Shown here one piece after another: positions 1 to 8,877 of a DNA stretch of 32,000 bases. Position 1 is the stretch's first letter, and every line of letters begins with the position of its first letter. Below the pieces are notes generated by a model. It made no database searches. It was not told the DNA's origin and worked only from the letters and a program-made list of their open reading frames with translations. The stretch is from an uncultured Planctomycetota bacterium. Lineage in GTDB: Bacteria; Planctomycetota; Brocadiia; Brocadiales; Brocadiaceae. The stretch is taken from contig CAVPVY010000005.1 in the NCBI GenBank assembly GCA_963709355.1, forward strand, positions 1,193,722-1,225,721, written 5' to 3'. The translations under genes and the position numbers were made by a program.

Positions 1-807
1 GCGGTGCTTGATTGCATCTTTTACCTGATTAGCGTGGATTACGTAATGAGGAGCGGATGTTGAACTAATTATTATATCTGCTTTTGTAAGGTATTCGCTC
101 AGTAATTCATACTTAATTGCCTGACCATGATATTCATTGGCAAGCTCTTGCGCACGTTCAAAGGTACGGTTTGCAACTATAAATGTACGAGACCCTTCTT
201 CATAAAGATGCTTTAAAAGAAGTTCGCACATCTCACCTGCACCAACAACAAGTACAATTTTACCTGTAAAATCCTGAAAAATCTTTTCTGCAAATTCTAC
301 CGCTACTGAACTTATAGATACCTTGCCCTTTCCTATGGAAGTAGAGGTGTGAACAATTTTAGCTACATTAAGCGCCTGCTGGAATAACAGGTTCATGACC
401 TTACCTGTAGCTTCTTGCATTGAAGCCGTCACATATGCTTCTTTAACCTGAGAGAGGATTTGCGATTCACCTAATACCATTGAATCCAGGCTAGAGGTTA
501 CGAAAAAAAGGTGGACTACAGCGCGATCATCCTTGTAGTGATACATATACTGGGAGAGGTAGTTTTGTTCTATCTTATGAAAATCGGCAAGGAATGAAAG
601 GATGTCCTCGACCTTTATTGAATCTTCTAATGAAGATATATATATTTCAACCCGATTACATGTTGATAAGATAACAGCCTCTGCATCTTGATGTTTTTGT
701 AAAAACATTGATAAAGCGGTAGAAATGCTATTTGTATCAAATGCCAGTTTTTCTCTGATTTCTACAGGGGCTGATTTATGATTTAATCCTACAACCAATA
801 TGCTCAT
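1..807 (-). CDS. hemA: Glutamyl-tRNA reductase, N-terminal 269 codons (3' end runs off the left window edge)
   Basis: Absent from the ORF track because it is open at the window edge. I translated the reverse strand from the ATG at 807-805 and checked every in-frame triplet down to base 1; there is no stop. The product starts MSILVVGLNHKSAPVEIREKLAF and contains STCNRVEIY, LGESQILSQVKEAY and the VVGAGEM dinucleotide loop, all typical of HemA. Confidence 0.85.
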   Translation of the reverse strand, partial: MSILVVGLNHKSAPVEIREKLAFDTNSISTALSMFLQKHQDAEAVILSTCNRVEIYISSLEDSIKVEDILSFLADFHKIEQNYLSQYMYHYKDDRAVVHLFFVTSSLDSMVLGESQILSQVKEAYVTASMQEATGKVMNLLFQQALNVAKIVHTSTSIGKGKVSISSVAVEFAEKIFQDFTGKIVLVVGAGEMCELLLKHLYEEGSRTFIVANRTFERAQELANEYHGQAIKYELLSEYLTKADIIISSTSAPHYVIHANQVKDAIKHR

Positions 808-834
808 TTTAATCTTTAGTCTTAAAAATAATCT

Positions 835-1704
835 CTATTGTACGTTTAAGATTTTAGTGTTTGTTTGTTCGCTAACATTCTGAAAGGCATGTTTAGAACC
901 CATAAAGAATGTTCCAATAAAGGTAAAAAGTACTAAACAAAAGCCGGCGATAGTTAAACATGCGATCTTGGTGCCATGGAAAGATGCTATAAGACGCATA
1001 TGTAGCAATGCAGCATATACAAGCCATGTAGCTAAACCAAGAATAACCTTGTAATCAAGATACCACACCTCACCCAGAATGTTTTGAGTTTTAACCCAGA
1101 AAGCGCCAAATACAAGACCTATTGATAGTAATGGGAAGCCAAGTGAAATAGTCTTCCAAATAAGGTTATCAATTCTTTCTAATGACGGCAATTTATTGAA
1201 AAGTGAACCAAACAATTTAAGCTTTAACTGCCTCTGCTGTGTCAGGTACATAACGCTCAAGCTGAATGATATTGTGAATGCGGCATATCCTATAAATATG
1301 GGGATAATATGCGCTATGAGCCAGAAATTTCCAAGGCTTATTGTTATTAATAAATTGTTTCCGTCAAATGTCAACGCCCAGATAGAAAGCGCTGTAATTA
1401 GTGGTATCAGGAAAGTGTCCAGAGAGGGTATTTTGTAAAGATAGTCAAGGTTAATATAAACAAATAAAACACACCATAAAAGTGATACAAAAGATTCATA
1501 AACATTTGTTATTGGAATGTTACCTGATTCTAAGCCAAGAAATATCAGGAAACCGCTGTGGACAAAGAAGCCCATCATCATGACCCACTTGGCTATTATT
1601 TTATTAAAAAACGAAGGTTTTATAATATATCCAATAGACAAGACAGAGGATACAAAATACAAGATTATAGAAATTATAAATGGAATATGAGGTAGAGTTA
1701 TCAT
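835..1704 (-). CDS. Polytopic membrane protein of the cytochrome c assembly (CcsA/HemX) family
   Basis: 289-aa ORF with about 8 hydrophobic helices. It has a degenerate Trp-rich heme-handling-like segment (GAFWVKTQNILGEVWYLDYKV) followed by LLHMRL. It lies 27 nt upstream of hemA on the same strand, an arrangement known for HemX-type CcsA homologues. Confidence 0.6.
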   Translation of the reverse strand: MITLPHIPFIISIILYFVSSVLSIGYIIKPSFFNKIIAKWVMMMGFFVHSGFLIFLGLESGNIPITNVYESFVSLLWCVLFVYINLDYLYKIPSLDTFLIPLITALSIWALTFDGNNLLITISLGNFWLIAHIIPIFIGYAAFTISFSLSVMYLTQQRQLKLKLFGSLFNKLPSLERIDNLIWKTISLGFPLLSIGLVFGAFWVKTQNILGEVWYLDYKVILGLATWLVYAALLHMRLIASFHGTKIACLTIAGFCLVLFTFIGTFFMGSKHAFQNVSEQTNTKILNVQ

Positions 1705-1925
1705 ATATAAGTGTTAATTTAAATGATAAACATATATTAATCAAATGAAATATTCGGTAGGCAATTTGACTTGTTTCCTTTTTTTTAATTGACAAAAATT
1801 TACTTCTTCGATACCTTTAAATGTAATATGTTATTGGGCGTTGTCTTTTATATAGGGTGTGAGGCAATCCAAAGTGGTTGTTTATGTATTTTTATTAATT
1901 TATATTTAATTGAGGATTTTAAACA

Positions 1926-2144
1926 ATGACAGAAGAATTCAAAATAACTAAAAAAACAAGTATTGGGGAGGTAATTAAAAGGTACCCCGAAGCTGAACCT
2001 GTAATAAAAAAGTATTTTGGGGCAGGATGCTTTACATGCCCTGGTTCAAAAACAGAAGACATTGCCTTTGGGGCAGTAATGCACAATGTTTCACCAGATG
2101 TAATAATCAAAGAACTTAATGAGGTTATTTCTAAAAAGACTTAG
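1926..2144 (+). CDS. DUF1858 / hybrid-cluster-protein-associated redox disulfide domain protein
   Basis: 72 aa. The pattern IGEVIKRYPEAEPVIKKYFGAGCFTCPGSKTEDIAFGAVMHNV matches the remembered DUF1858 signature: IGEVL..YPE, then a CxxC, then a MHGI-type segment. Confidence 0.7.
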   Translation: MTEEFKITKKTSIGEVIKRYPEAEPVIKKYFGAGCFTCPGSKTEDIAFGAVMHNVSPDVIIKELNEVISKKT

Positions 2145-2207
2145 CCTTTAAGGTATAATTAAATCTAAGGTAACTAAATTGTAAACAATTAAGATAAGGA
2201 GATATGA

Positions 2208-2426
2208 ATGAGAGAAGAGGTAGAAAATGCACTTAAACATATAAGACCTGCCTTACAGGCAGACGGCGGAGATATTGAACTTATAGACGTACAGGACGGT
2301 GTTGTGAAGGTGCGCCTCAAAGGCGCCTGTGGTTCATGTCCGAGTGCTTTAATGACTTTAAAATATGGTGTGGAAGAGCGTCTTAAAGAACAGATTCCAG
2401 GGATAAAGTCTGTTGAACTCGCCTAA
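2208..2426 (+). CDS. NifU C-terminal-domain (Nfu-type) Fe-S cluster carrier
   Basis: 72 aa. Contains IRPALQADGGDIELIDVQDGVVKVRLKGACGSCPSALMTLK with the CxxC motif diagnostic of the Nfu/NifU C-terminal domain. GGAG RBS upstream. Confidence 0.85.
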   Translation: MREEVENALKHIRPALQADGGDIELIDVQDGVVKVRLKGACGSCPSALMTLKYGVEERLKEQIPGIKSVELA

Positions 2427-2522
2427 AGAATTTGTTGCTTGTTATCGTGATTCATGATTTATATTATTTTTTAAATTAAAAACAACACCTTTGTAGTTTA
2501 TTTTTTTCTTAGGAGTATTTGA

Positions 2523-3200
2523 TTGAGTCTCGTTTTAGGCCCAATTCATTATTGGATGTTTGGGAAAATAAAAACAACGGAAGCACGTGAATCAACAATA
2601 GTTTCTGTGTTTAGAACAAACTATGGCGCAGAAGCAGATAAAATTATTGAAAACGTGTACAAGAAATATCCAAAATATGATACTAACAAACCACTTGATG
2701 AATTATTGGGAAACAAGTCCATTCATCAGGGGATTCAAAGTGTAATAATAGATGTTGAGACACGTGAGGCTGCAATAATAGCAGCCTTCTGTGCCAAATA
2801 TCCTGATGCACCAAAAGTGGCTGCTGAGGCAGCTCGTAAGCACGGTGTTTCCTGTGGCAAGGAAGCCGTTAAAAGCAAAGGATTGTCTTCGGCGGATTGT
2901 AGCAACACTACGAGGGTATTTGAAGTAATGGGGGATTTCCACTGTGATGGTATGCCATGTGACCGTGGAGCACAAGTAGTTTCAGAGTCTGAGAAGCGTA
3001 CATCATGGGACCACGAAAGCTGTATTCATGAACAATATTGGAAGGATGCAGGGGCTGATTTCTTGGTGATGTGCAATATTGTCAATGAATGGATTGCAGG
3101 GTTTGGTGAAGGAATAAATCAGAAGATATGCTACAAGAGAGAGAATGCAATTGCCGCAGGAGATAAAACATGTCTAAGTAGTTATGAATTTAAAAACTGA
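2523..3200 (+). CDS. Cys-rich hypothetical protein (C-terminal half weakly reminiscent of the ATC-hydrolase-like family)
   Basis: 225-aa ORF with a TTG start after AGGAG. It ends 2 nt before the ThiF-type gene. The C-terminal half carries spaced Cys residues (HCDGMPCDRG, ESCIHEQYW, VMCNIVNEW, AAGDKTCLSSYEF). The family assignment is from memory only. Confidence 0.5.
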   Translation: MSLVLGPIHYWMFGKIKTTEARESTIVSVFRTNYGAEADKIIENVYKKYPKYDTNKPLDELLGNKSIHQGIQSVIIDVETREAAIIAAFCAKYPDAPKVAAEAARKHGVSCGKEAVKSKGLSSADCSNTTRVFEVMGDFHCDGMPCDRGAQVVSESEKRTSWDHESCIHEQYWKDAGADFLVMCNIVNEWIAGFGEGINQKICYKRENAIAAGDKTCLSSYEFKN

Positions 3201-3202
3201 GC

Positions 3203-4228
3203 ATGTCAAATCGCTATGCAAGACAAATTTTGTTTTACGGGATAGGAGAAACTGGTCAAAAAACTTTAAGAGAAAAGTCGGCTGCAATTGTTGGTTGTGG
3301 TGCACTTGGCTGTACTTCAGCAAATCTTCTTGTACGTAGCGGTTTGGGATATTTAAACATTATAGACCGCGATTTTATTGAGGAAAGTAATTTACAACGT
3401 CAGTCCTTATTTGATGAAGAAGATATTATTAAAAACCTGCCAAAGGCTATAGCCGCACAAAACAAACTAGAGAAAATAAATCCCCACGTTAAGATTAAGT
3501 CATTTGTAACAGACCTTAATCCATCAAATATTAATAATACCCTCAGAGATGCCGATGTTATTATAGATGGTACCGATAACTTTGAAACCCGTTTCCTTAT
3601 AAACGATTTTTGTGTGAAGAATTGCATACCATGGATTTATGGAGCCTGTATAGGAAGTATTGGTATGACAATGAATATAATATCATCGAAAACGCCGTGT
3701 TTGCGATGTGTTTTAGAGGATATGCCTCCGTTTGGTACTACCGAAACTTGTGATACAGAAGGGATTATTGCACCAATTGCCTGTTTGATAGCCTCTGTTC
3801 AGGTGGCTGAAGCACTAAAAATCTTGACAGGTAACTTTGATTCCTTAAGCAAAGGTTTACTGAAAGTTGATCTATGGCGCAATGAAATTAAAAGGCTGCA
3901 TATCAAAGATATTTGTGAGAAATCAGATTGCGTAACGTGCAAAAAACACCTCTATGAATTTCTGTCTAAAGACAGGTATTCTATGACAACCGCATTGTGC
4001 GGCAGGAATGCTGTACAAATTTTACATCACAAAGGTTCTAAATTAGATTTGACTAAAGTTGCAGCACGGTTAGAAAAAGTAGGGGATATAGTTTGTAATA
4101 AGTTTTTGTTACGATTTAAAAAGGACAAATATGAGTTAACTGTATTTCCTGATGGGCGTTCGATTGTTTCCGGTACAAATGATGTATCTGTAGCAAAGGG
4201 ACTTTACGCAAAATATATAGGGATGTAA
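3203..4228 (+). CDS. ThiF/MoeB-family E1-like adenylyltransferase, long (Bacillus ThiF-like) form
   Basis: RYARQILF..IG..GQ, a GCGALGC nucleotide loop, DRDFIEESNLQRQ, and zinc motifs CLRC and CVTC. The C-terminal domain ends TVFPDGRSIVSGTNDVSVAKGLYAKYIGM. This parallels the B. subtilis ThiF C-terminus as I remember it (FRDGRALIHGTND...YHRWIG). Confidence 0.8.
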   Translation: MSNRYARQILFYGIGETGQKTLREKSAAIVGCGALGCTSANLLVRSGLGYLNIIDRDFIEESNLQRQSLFDEEDIIKNLPKAIAAQNKLEKINPHVKIKSFVTDLNPSNINNTLRDADVIIDGTDNFETRFLINDFCVKNCIPWIYGACIGSIGMTMNIISSKTPCLRCVLEDMPPFGTTETCDTEGIIAPIACLIASVQVAEALKILTGNFDSLSKGLLKVDLWRNEIKRLHIKDICEKSDCVTCKKHLYEFLSKDRYSMTTALCGRNAVQILHHKGSKLDLTKVAARLEKVGDIVCNKFLLRFKKDKYELTVFPDGRSIVSGTNDVSVAKGLYAKYIGM

Positions 4229-4236
4229 TCAAAGGT

Positions 4237-5385
4237 ATGATTTATTTAGATAATGCAGCAACAACGTTTCCAAAACCAGAAATTGTATACAAAACAATGG
4301 ACACCTTTTACCGTACATTTGGTGCAAATCCTGGTCGTTCAGGACATAAGATGGCGGTAGCAGCTGAAAATGAAATTGAAGATACTCGTTCGATTGCTGC
4401 AAAATTATTCGGTATCAAAGATACTAAACGATTCATCTTTGCATTTAACGCAACCGATGCCATTAATATGGGGATTAAAGGGCTGCTCAAACCTGGAGAC
4501 CACGTCATTACTACTTTCTTAGAACACAATGCCGTATCCCGTGCCCTCAATGGCTTGGAACAAAAGAAGAGCATTAACGTTACTAAGGTGGAAAATTCTC
4601 ATGATGGTTTCATTGACCCAGATGATATCAGGGATGCCATCAAACGCCAAACCCGGTTAATTGTCATGGTACAGGCTTCTAACGTTCTCGGTACGATCCA
4701 ACAGATTCAGGAAATTGGAAGGATTGCACGGGATAATGATATAATCTTTATGGTAGATGCCGCTCAAACGGCAGGGGTCTACGAAATTGATGTTGATAAG
4801 CAATTCATCGACATGCTCACCTTTACCGGACATAAAGGCCCGCTTGGACCAACGGGAACAGGGGGGCTTTATATAGGGGAACGTGTAAGCATAGAACCAT
4901 GGAGAGAAGGGGGGACGGGTTTTGAGCCGGCCTCGCTATCTCAGCCGGAAGGGTTGCCTTTCAAAATGGAGAGCGGTACGCCAAATACTGTTGGTATTGC
5001 AGGTCTCAGGGCAGGAATCGAATTCGTTTTATCAGAAGGTATCCAGAAAATCAGAAATCATGAATTAAATCTTACCAACAAAATCATTCAATCTTTAAAA
5101 GACGATAAGCGATTTGTCGTCTACGGGACGACGGATATATCAAAGAAAGTGGGCATCCTTTCCATAAATGTTAAGGGATTTAGGCCTGCTGAGGTTGGTG
5201 CGATTCTCGATCAATCATTTGACATAGCAGTGCGGCCTGGACTACACTGTGCCCCTTTTGCTCATCAAATGCTTGGTACGTTTCCAGATGGTACTGTTAG
5301 AATAAGCCCAGGATTATTTAATACGGAAGACGATATAAATCATTTGACAAATGCGTTAGATAAAATCGCCAGCGAAAAGATATAA
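4237..5385 (+). CDS. Class-V aminotransferase-fold cysteine desulfurase family protein
   Basis: IYLDNAATT N-terminus, a PLP-lysine motif FTGHKGPLGPTG, and a catalytic-Cys loop RPGLHCAP. Confidence 0.85.
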   Translation: MIYLDNAATTFPKPEIVYKTMDTFYRTFGANPGRSGHKMAVAAENEIEDTRSIAAKLFGIKDTKRFIFAFNATDAINMGIKGLLKPGDHVITTFLEHNAVSRALNGLEQKKSINVTKVENSHDGFIDPDDIRDAIKRQTRLIVMVQASNVLGTIQQIQEIGRIARDNDIIFMVDAAQTAGVYEIDVDKQFIDMLTFTGHKGPLGPTGTGGLYIGERVSIEPWREGGTGFEPASLSQPEGLPFKMESGTPNTVGIAGLRAGIEFVLSEGIQKIRNHELNLTNKIIQSLKDDKRFVVYGTTDISKKVGILSINVKGFRPAEVGAILDQSFDIAVRPGLHCAPFAHQMLGTFPDGTVRISPGLFNTEDDINHLTNALDKIASEKI

Positions 5386-5402
5386 TTTTGAGACGATTAA
5401 TT

Positions 5403-5567
5403 ATGTATTGCAGATACGAAAATAAAGGTTATTGCGAATTGAATAGGAAGAAATGTGTACCCACATCAAAGGGATGTATTATAAACAATGCTGACAATGT
5501 AAATTTAATTAGTAAGATCCAGGGGTCTTCAGATAAGGATAAAAATACAATTAGACATAAGGAATAG
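5403..5567 (+). CDS. Possible 54-aa Cys-rich micro-protein (MYCRYENKGYCELNRKKCVPTSKGCII...)
   Basis: Below the ORF-track size cutoff; found by hand translation. It has four Cys at a 7-8 residue spacing in the first 25 aa. The RBS is weak and the 3' end overlaps the convergent queC by 17 nt. Confidence 0.3.
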   Translation: MYCRYENKGYCELNRKKCVPTSKGCIINNADNVNLISKIQGSSDKDKNTIRHKE

Positions 5568-6234
5568 AATCAATAACGTCAGCCTCTTTAAAAGCTTTTA
5601 AACGCAGAAAACAACTGTGACACATACCACAAGCCTTATCCGTATTTTTATAACATGACCAACTTATATGCAATGGTGCATCCAGAGAGACACCTATTCT
5701 TACAATTTCTGATTTCTTTTTATTTATAAGCGGCGTTTCCACTTCAATACAAGTTGCTGGTTTTGTTCCTAATTTTATTAATTTATTGAAGGCATCATAA
5801 TAAGCTGGCTTACAATCAGGATAGCCAGGGCCATCTTGTTCAACAGCACCAATAAATATCGTCTTTGCCTCTATTACCTCTCCCCATGAAACAGCAATGG
5901 CCAAAAAAAGCGTATTTCTAAAGGGAACATAGGAGGCAGGAATTACCTTGCTATGCAACTGTGCGTTCTGTACGTTTATGCTCAAGTCTGTTAGGCTCGA
6001 GCCGCCAATCTTGCTCAGATAATCAATATTAGATATGAGAATTCTGTCTTCGGGAATACTATAGAACGATGCAATGTCATGAAATGCCTTAAGTTCTCTA
6101 GATTCTGTACGCTGACCGTAATTTATATGGAGGAGTGCAAGCTGGTGGTGTGCGTTTGCTATGGCCGTTGTTACACAGCTATCCATACCGCCGCTTACAA
6201 GCACGATAGCAATATCTTTCATTTTGTTATACAC
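5551..6234 (-). CDS. queC: 7-cyano-7-deazaguanine synthase
   Basis: LVSGGMDSCV PP-loop and a C-terminal Zn-binding CYKNTDKACGMCHSCFLR motif. It overlaps queE by 8 nt. Confidence 0.9.
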   Translation of the reverse strand: MYNKMKDIAIVLVSGGMDSCVTTAIANAHHQLALLHINYGQRTESRELKAFHDIASFYSIPEDRILISNIDYLSKIGGSSLTDLSINVQNAQLHSKVIPASYVPFRNTLFLAIAVSWGEVIEAKTIFIGAVEQDGPGYPDCKPAYYDAFNKLIKLGTKPATCIEVETPLINKKKSEIVRIGVSLDAPLHISWSCYKNTDKACGMCHSCFLRLKAFKEADVIDSIPYV

Positions 6235-6862
6235 CCTTAGTGCCAGGTTCCCAGATATATTTATGTAGCTGGAGTTGGAATCTTACATTAAGATCGTCTT
6301 CCAGAATCCATTTAACTACATTCTTTGGATAGGTTTTACCAAATACAGTTCCTATCAAGACGTTTGTGATTTCAGATAAACTATATTTCTTTATTATATC
6401 TTTTGCCCAGTCATAATCTTTTCTTGAATTTAATACAAATTTTACTTCATCAATTTTTGAAAGGTACTCAATGTTTTTCCAGTTCATTAGGTTTGTCATG
6501 TAACTGTCTGGGCATTTTATATCCATTATTTTAATAGCTTCTTTTGAAATTATGCTGATATCGTAACTCCCATTTGTCTCAACCATAACTGTATGTTTTT
6601 TACTTAAAAGTTCAGTAACTAAATAGGGCGTTTCAATGTTAAATAAGGGCTCACCGCCAGTTACACAAACTAATTTTGACTTTAGCCTGTCAACACTTTC
6701 AATAATTGAATTAATTGACATTTCTTTCCCATCTTCAAAGGCATAAGTAGTGTCACAGTAACTACAGCGTAAGTTACAGCCAGTTATACGAATAAAAATG
6801 CATGGTAAGCCCGCATATGAAGTTTCACCCTGAATACTCTTAAAGATTTCATTAATTTTCAT
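6227..6862 (-). CDS. queE: 7-carboxy-7-deazaguanine synthase (radical SAM)
   Basis: IFKSIQGE N-terminus, a CNLRCSYCDT cluster motif and VCVTGGEPL. Confidence 0.9.
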   Translation of the reverse strand: MKINEIFKSIQGETSYAGLPCIFIRITGCNLRCSYCDTTYAFEDGKEMSINSIIESVDRLKSKLVCVTGGEPLFNIETPYLVTELLSKKHTVMVETNGSYDISIISKEAIKIMDIKCPDSYMTNLMNWKNIEYLSKIDEVKFVLNSRKDYDWAKDIIKKYSLSEITNVLIGTVFGKTYPKNVVKWILEDDLNVRFQLQLHKYIWEPGTKGV

Positions 6863-7087
6863 GGGATGTATAAAATAATTAATTAATTTTAAATCGTAAA
6901 TATTAATATTTTAATTTACTGTTTTATTATACTATAAATACAATTTATTTAATTAATTATTTCATAACATTTATACTTAAATTAAGTTGAAATAGAATTT
7001 CAAATAGCTTATATTCATTCACGAATTCAATGTTAAAGAATTATTAATTACACAAATTTATTGTTTATGTTTTTAAGGAGGATAATT

Positions 7088-7690
7088 ATGTCAACAATTA
7101 TAAAAGATGATATTTTGCAAAAAAAGAGCAAGGAAACAGGTGGTAATGAAAAAGTTAATAAAATAATGGATACAATTGTTAAATCATCATTGCATCCGAC
7201 TATTGTTAAAAATGAAAAACCAGCATCATATGGACCTGCCAAACCCTCAAAAATAATTGCTAAAAAAGATATTTTCAGCGGTGTGGTATTAATAGAGGGA
7301 GAAAACGCTGAAGAAATTAATGATATAAAAGGAAAGCTTCTAAATGAGCTAAAGCCTTCGAATGAGATAGAGTCAATAATAGTAGACCGTATTATTACTA
7401 ATATATGGAGATTAAAGAGATGTTTAAATATTGAGAGTCGGGTTCTTGAGTATGAAACATCTTGTATTCAGGAATACAAACAAGGACTCTTTAAAGTCAG
7501 AAAAAGGACAGAAAAGGAATTGAATCAATTAAAAGCCTTAAAGATTGCTGAAAACAGGGAAAAGATTAGGGAATTAATAAATTATGAAACAATATTAGAA
7601 GATCAAACATTTAAGGCTCTAAACGAGTTAAACAAAATCAGGAATCAAGATTCGGAACAGGAAAAGAAGGGGAAGAAAATAAAGAAATAA
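7088..7690 (+). CDS. Hypothetical Lys/Glu-rich coiled-coil protein
   Basis: The ORF-track ORF starts at 7061. The ATG at 7088 is the one preceded by AAGGAGG at the correct spacing. I recognise no family motif. Confidence 0.5.
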   Translation: MSTIIKDDILQKKSKETGGNEKVNKIMDTIVKSSLHPTIVKNEKPASYGPAKPSKIIAKKDIFSGVVLIEGENAEEINDIKGKLLNELKPSNEIESIIVDRIITNIWRLKRCLNIESRVLEYETSCIQEYKQGLFKVRKRTEKELNQLKALKIAENREKIRELINYETILEDQTFKALNELNKIRNQDSEQEKKGKKIKK

Positions 7691-7893
7691 TCTTTAATAT
7701 AGTAAATATAATAAATATCTTTGGATAAAAGTTGATTATTGCAACATAATATATATTATCGGACGTTGTAAATTTTGTATGCAATCTTATATTATTTTAT
7801 TAAAGACATCCTATACTCCCCTTTTATTTGTTCGTTGTTTTGTTTATAGATAAATTTTCTTTATAAATACGTAATTCTGAATGAAAATTGTTA

Positions 7894-7922
7894 TTGACAA
7901 TATAAAATATGTCTGCTAATAT
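7894..7922 (+). promoter_or_regulatory. Sigma-70-type promoter of the ACP-led operon
   Basis: TTGACA (7894-7899), a 17-nt spacer, then TAATAT (7917-7922). It sits about 75 nt upstream of the ACP start. Confidence 0.5.
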
Positions 7923-7998
7923 CTGCAACTTATGATATAAATGAGATTATTTAAGTATTCATTTTCTGAATTTTGCAAGTTATAAAAAGGAGGCAAAT

Positions 7999-8268
7999 TT
8001 GAACGCAGAAGATGTTGAAAAAGGTGTCACAGCAATTGTTGCAGAAGTAACTGAGTTAGATGAAAAAGAAATCTGGGAGAAGCGGGATGCAAATTTCTTT
8101 AAAGACCTTGAGATAGATTCACTTTTAGCACTAGAGATCCTAGCACTTATTGAAAAGAAATTTAAAGTACAAATACCTGAAGAAAAACTTATTGATATTA
8201 CATCTTTAAGCGCTACAATTGGTTTGACAAAGACTGTTCTAGCCGAGAGTGGTAAGCTCACATCCTGA
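7999..8268 (+). CDS. Acyl carrier protein (dedicated, divergent)
   Basis: 89 aa with a DLEIDSL phosphopantetheine-attachment motif. TTG start 5 nt after AGGAGG (7988-7993). Confidence 0.85.
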   Translation: MNAEDVEKGVTAIVAEVTELDEKEIWEKRDANFFKDLEIDSLLALEILALIEKKFKVQIPEEKLIDITSLSATIGLTKTVLAESGKLTS

Positions 8269-8306
8269 TTTTAGTTATATTTAATTTAGATTTAGCATGT
8301 CATACG

Positions 8307-8373
8307 ATTTTACCCCCCCACTTTATATCCTTATACATTAATAACGGAGATAAATGGGGGTAAAACTTTTTTA
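8307..8373 (+). terminator. Terminator/attenuator-like hairpin between the ACP and fabZ genes
   Basis: TTTTACCCCC (8307-8316) pairs with GGGGGTAAAA (8355-8364) and is followed by CTTTTTTAT. The loop is unusually large at 38 nt. Confidence 0.35.
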
Positions 8374-8423
8374 TAGAAAAAGAAGAATTAAATCTCATTA
8401 ATTATAAATAGAGTAAGAAATCT

Positions 8424-8873
8424 ATGATACTTTTTGAAGAAATTCGAAGCCTACTACCTCAAAAATATCCTTTTTTGTTTATTGATAGGGTTGTTGAGTT
8501 TGAAGAAGGAAAAAAAATTGTTTGTGTGAAGAATGTCTCTGGAAACGAACCTGTTTTTGTTGGCCACTTTCCTGATTTTGCAATCATGCCGGGTGTTTTA
8601 ATAATAGAAGCAATGGCACAGGCATCAATAATATTATTTAAAAAGAGCCTTACTATTAAACATGGTGGGGACACGGTTTTTTTGCTAGCTTCTGTTAGTA
8701 ATGCAAGATTTATGAAACCAGTTTTTCCTGGCGATCAGCTTTTAATTGAAATTATTGCTGAAAAGATTGTTTCAAAAGGAGCTATAATTCACGCGACAGT
8801 GAATGTTGGCGAGAAAATAGTTGCAAAAGCTAATTTAACTTTCGGCATTGCTGAAAAAGGTACATTAATATAG
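8424..8873 (+). CDS. fabZ: 3-hydroxyacyl-ACP dehydratase, FabZ family
   Basis: [14 protein letters not shown] and the catalytic His motif [20 protein letters not shown]. Confidence 0.85.
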   Translation: MILFEEIRSLLPQKYPFLFIDRVVEFEEGKKIVCVKNVSGNEPVFVGHFPDFAIMPGVLIIEAMAQASIILFKKSLTIKHGGDTVFLLASVSNARFMKPVFPGDQLLIEIIAEKIVSKGAIIHATVNVGEKIVAKANLTFGIAEKGTLI

Positions 8874-8877
8874 TTCT

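Noticed and set aside
1196-1438. Small ORFs 1196-1438, 1604-1795, 1919-2110, 2703-2975, 3400-3627, 4308-4574, 7048-7242, 16959-17183, 18136-18339, 18476-18682, 18568-18783, 19204-19386 and 20042-20224
   Set aside because: All overlap better-supported genes on the opposite strand or in another frame. None shows a domain signature or a convincing RBS.
6863-7087. Possible preQ1 riboswitch upstream of queE-queC
   Set aside because: I read the minus strand of this very AT-rich spacer. It lacks the compact G/C-containing stem and the conserved loop of preQ1-I/II aptamers. It looks like plain divergent-promoter DNA.
7875-7971. 8-mer TTCTGAAT repeated on both sides of the ACP promoter (7875-7882 and 7964-7971) as a possible operator
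   Set aside because: An 8-mer recurring once in about 300 bp of strongly AT-rich DNA is easily explained by chance. There is no clear dyad symmetry linking the two copies.
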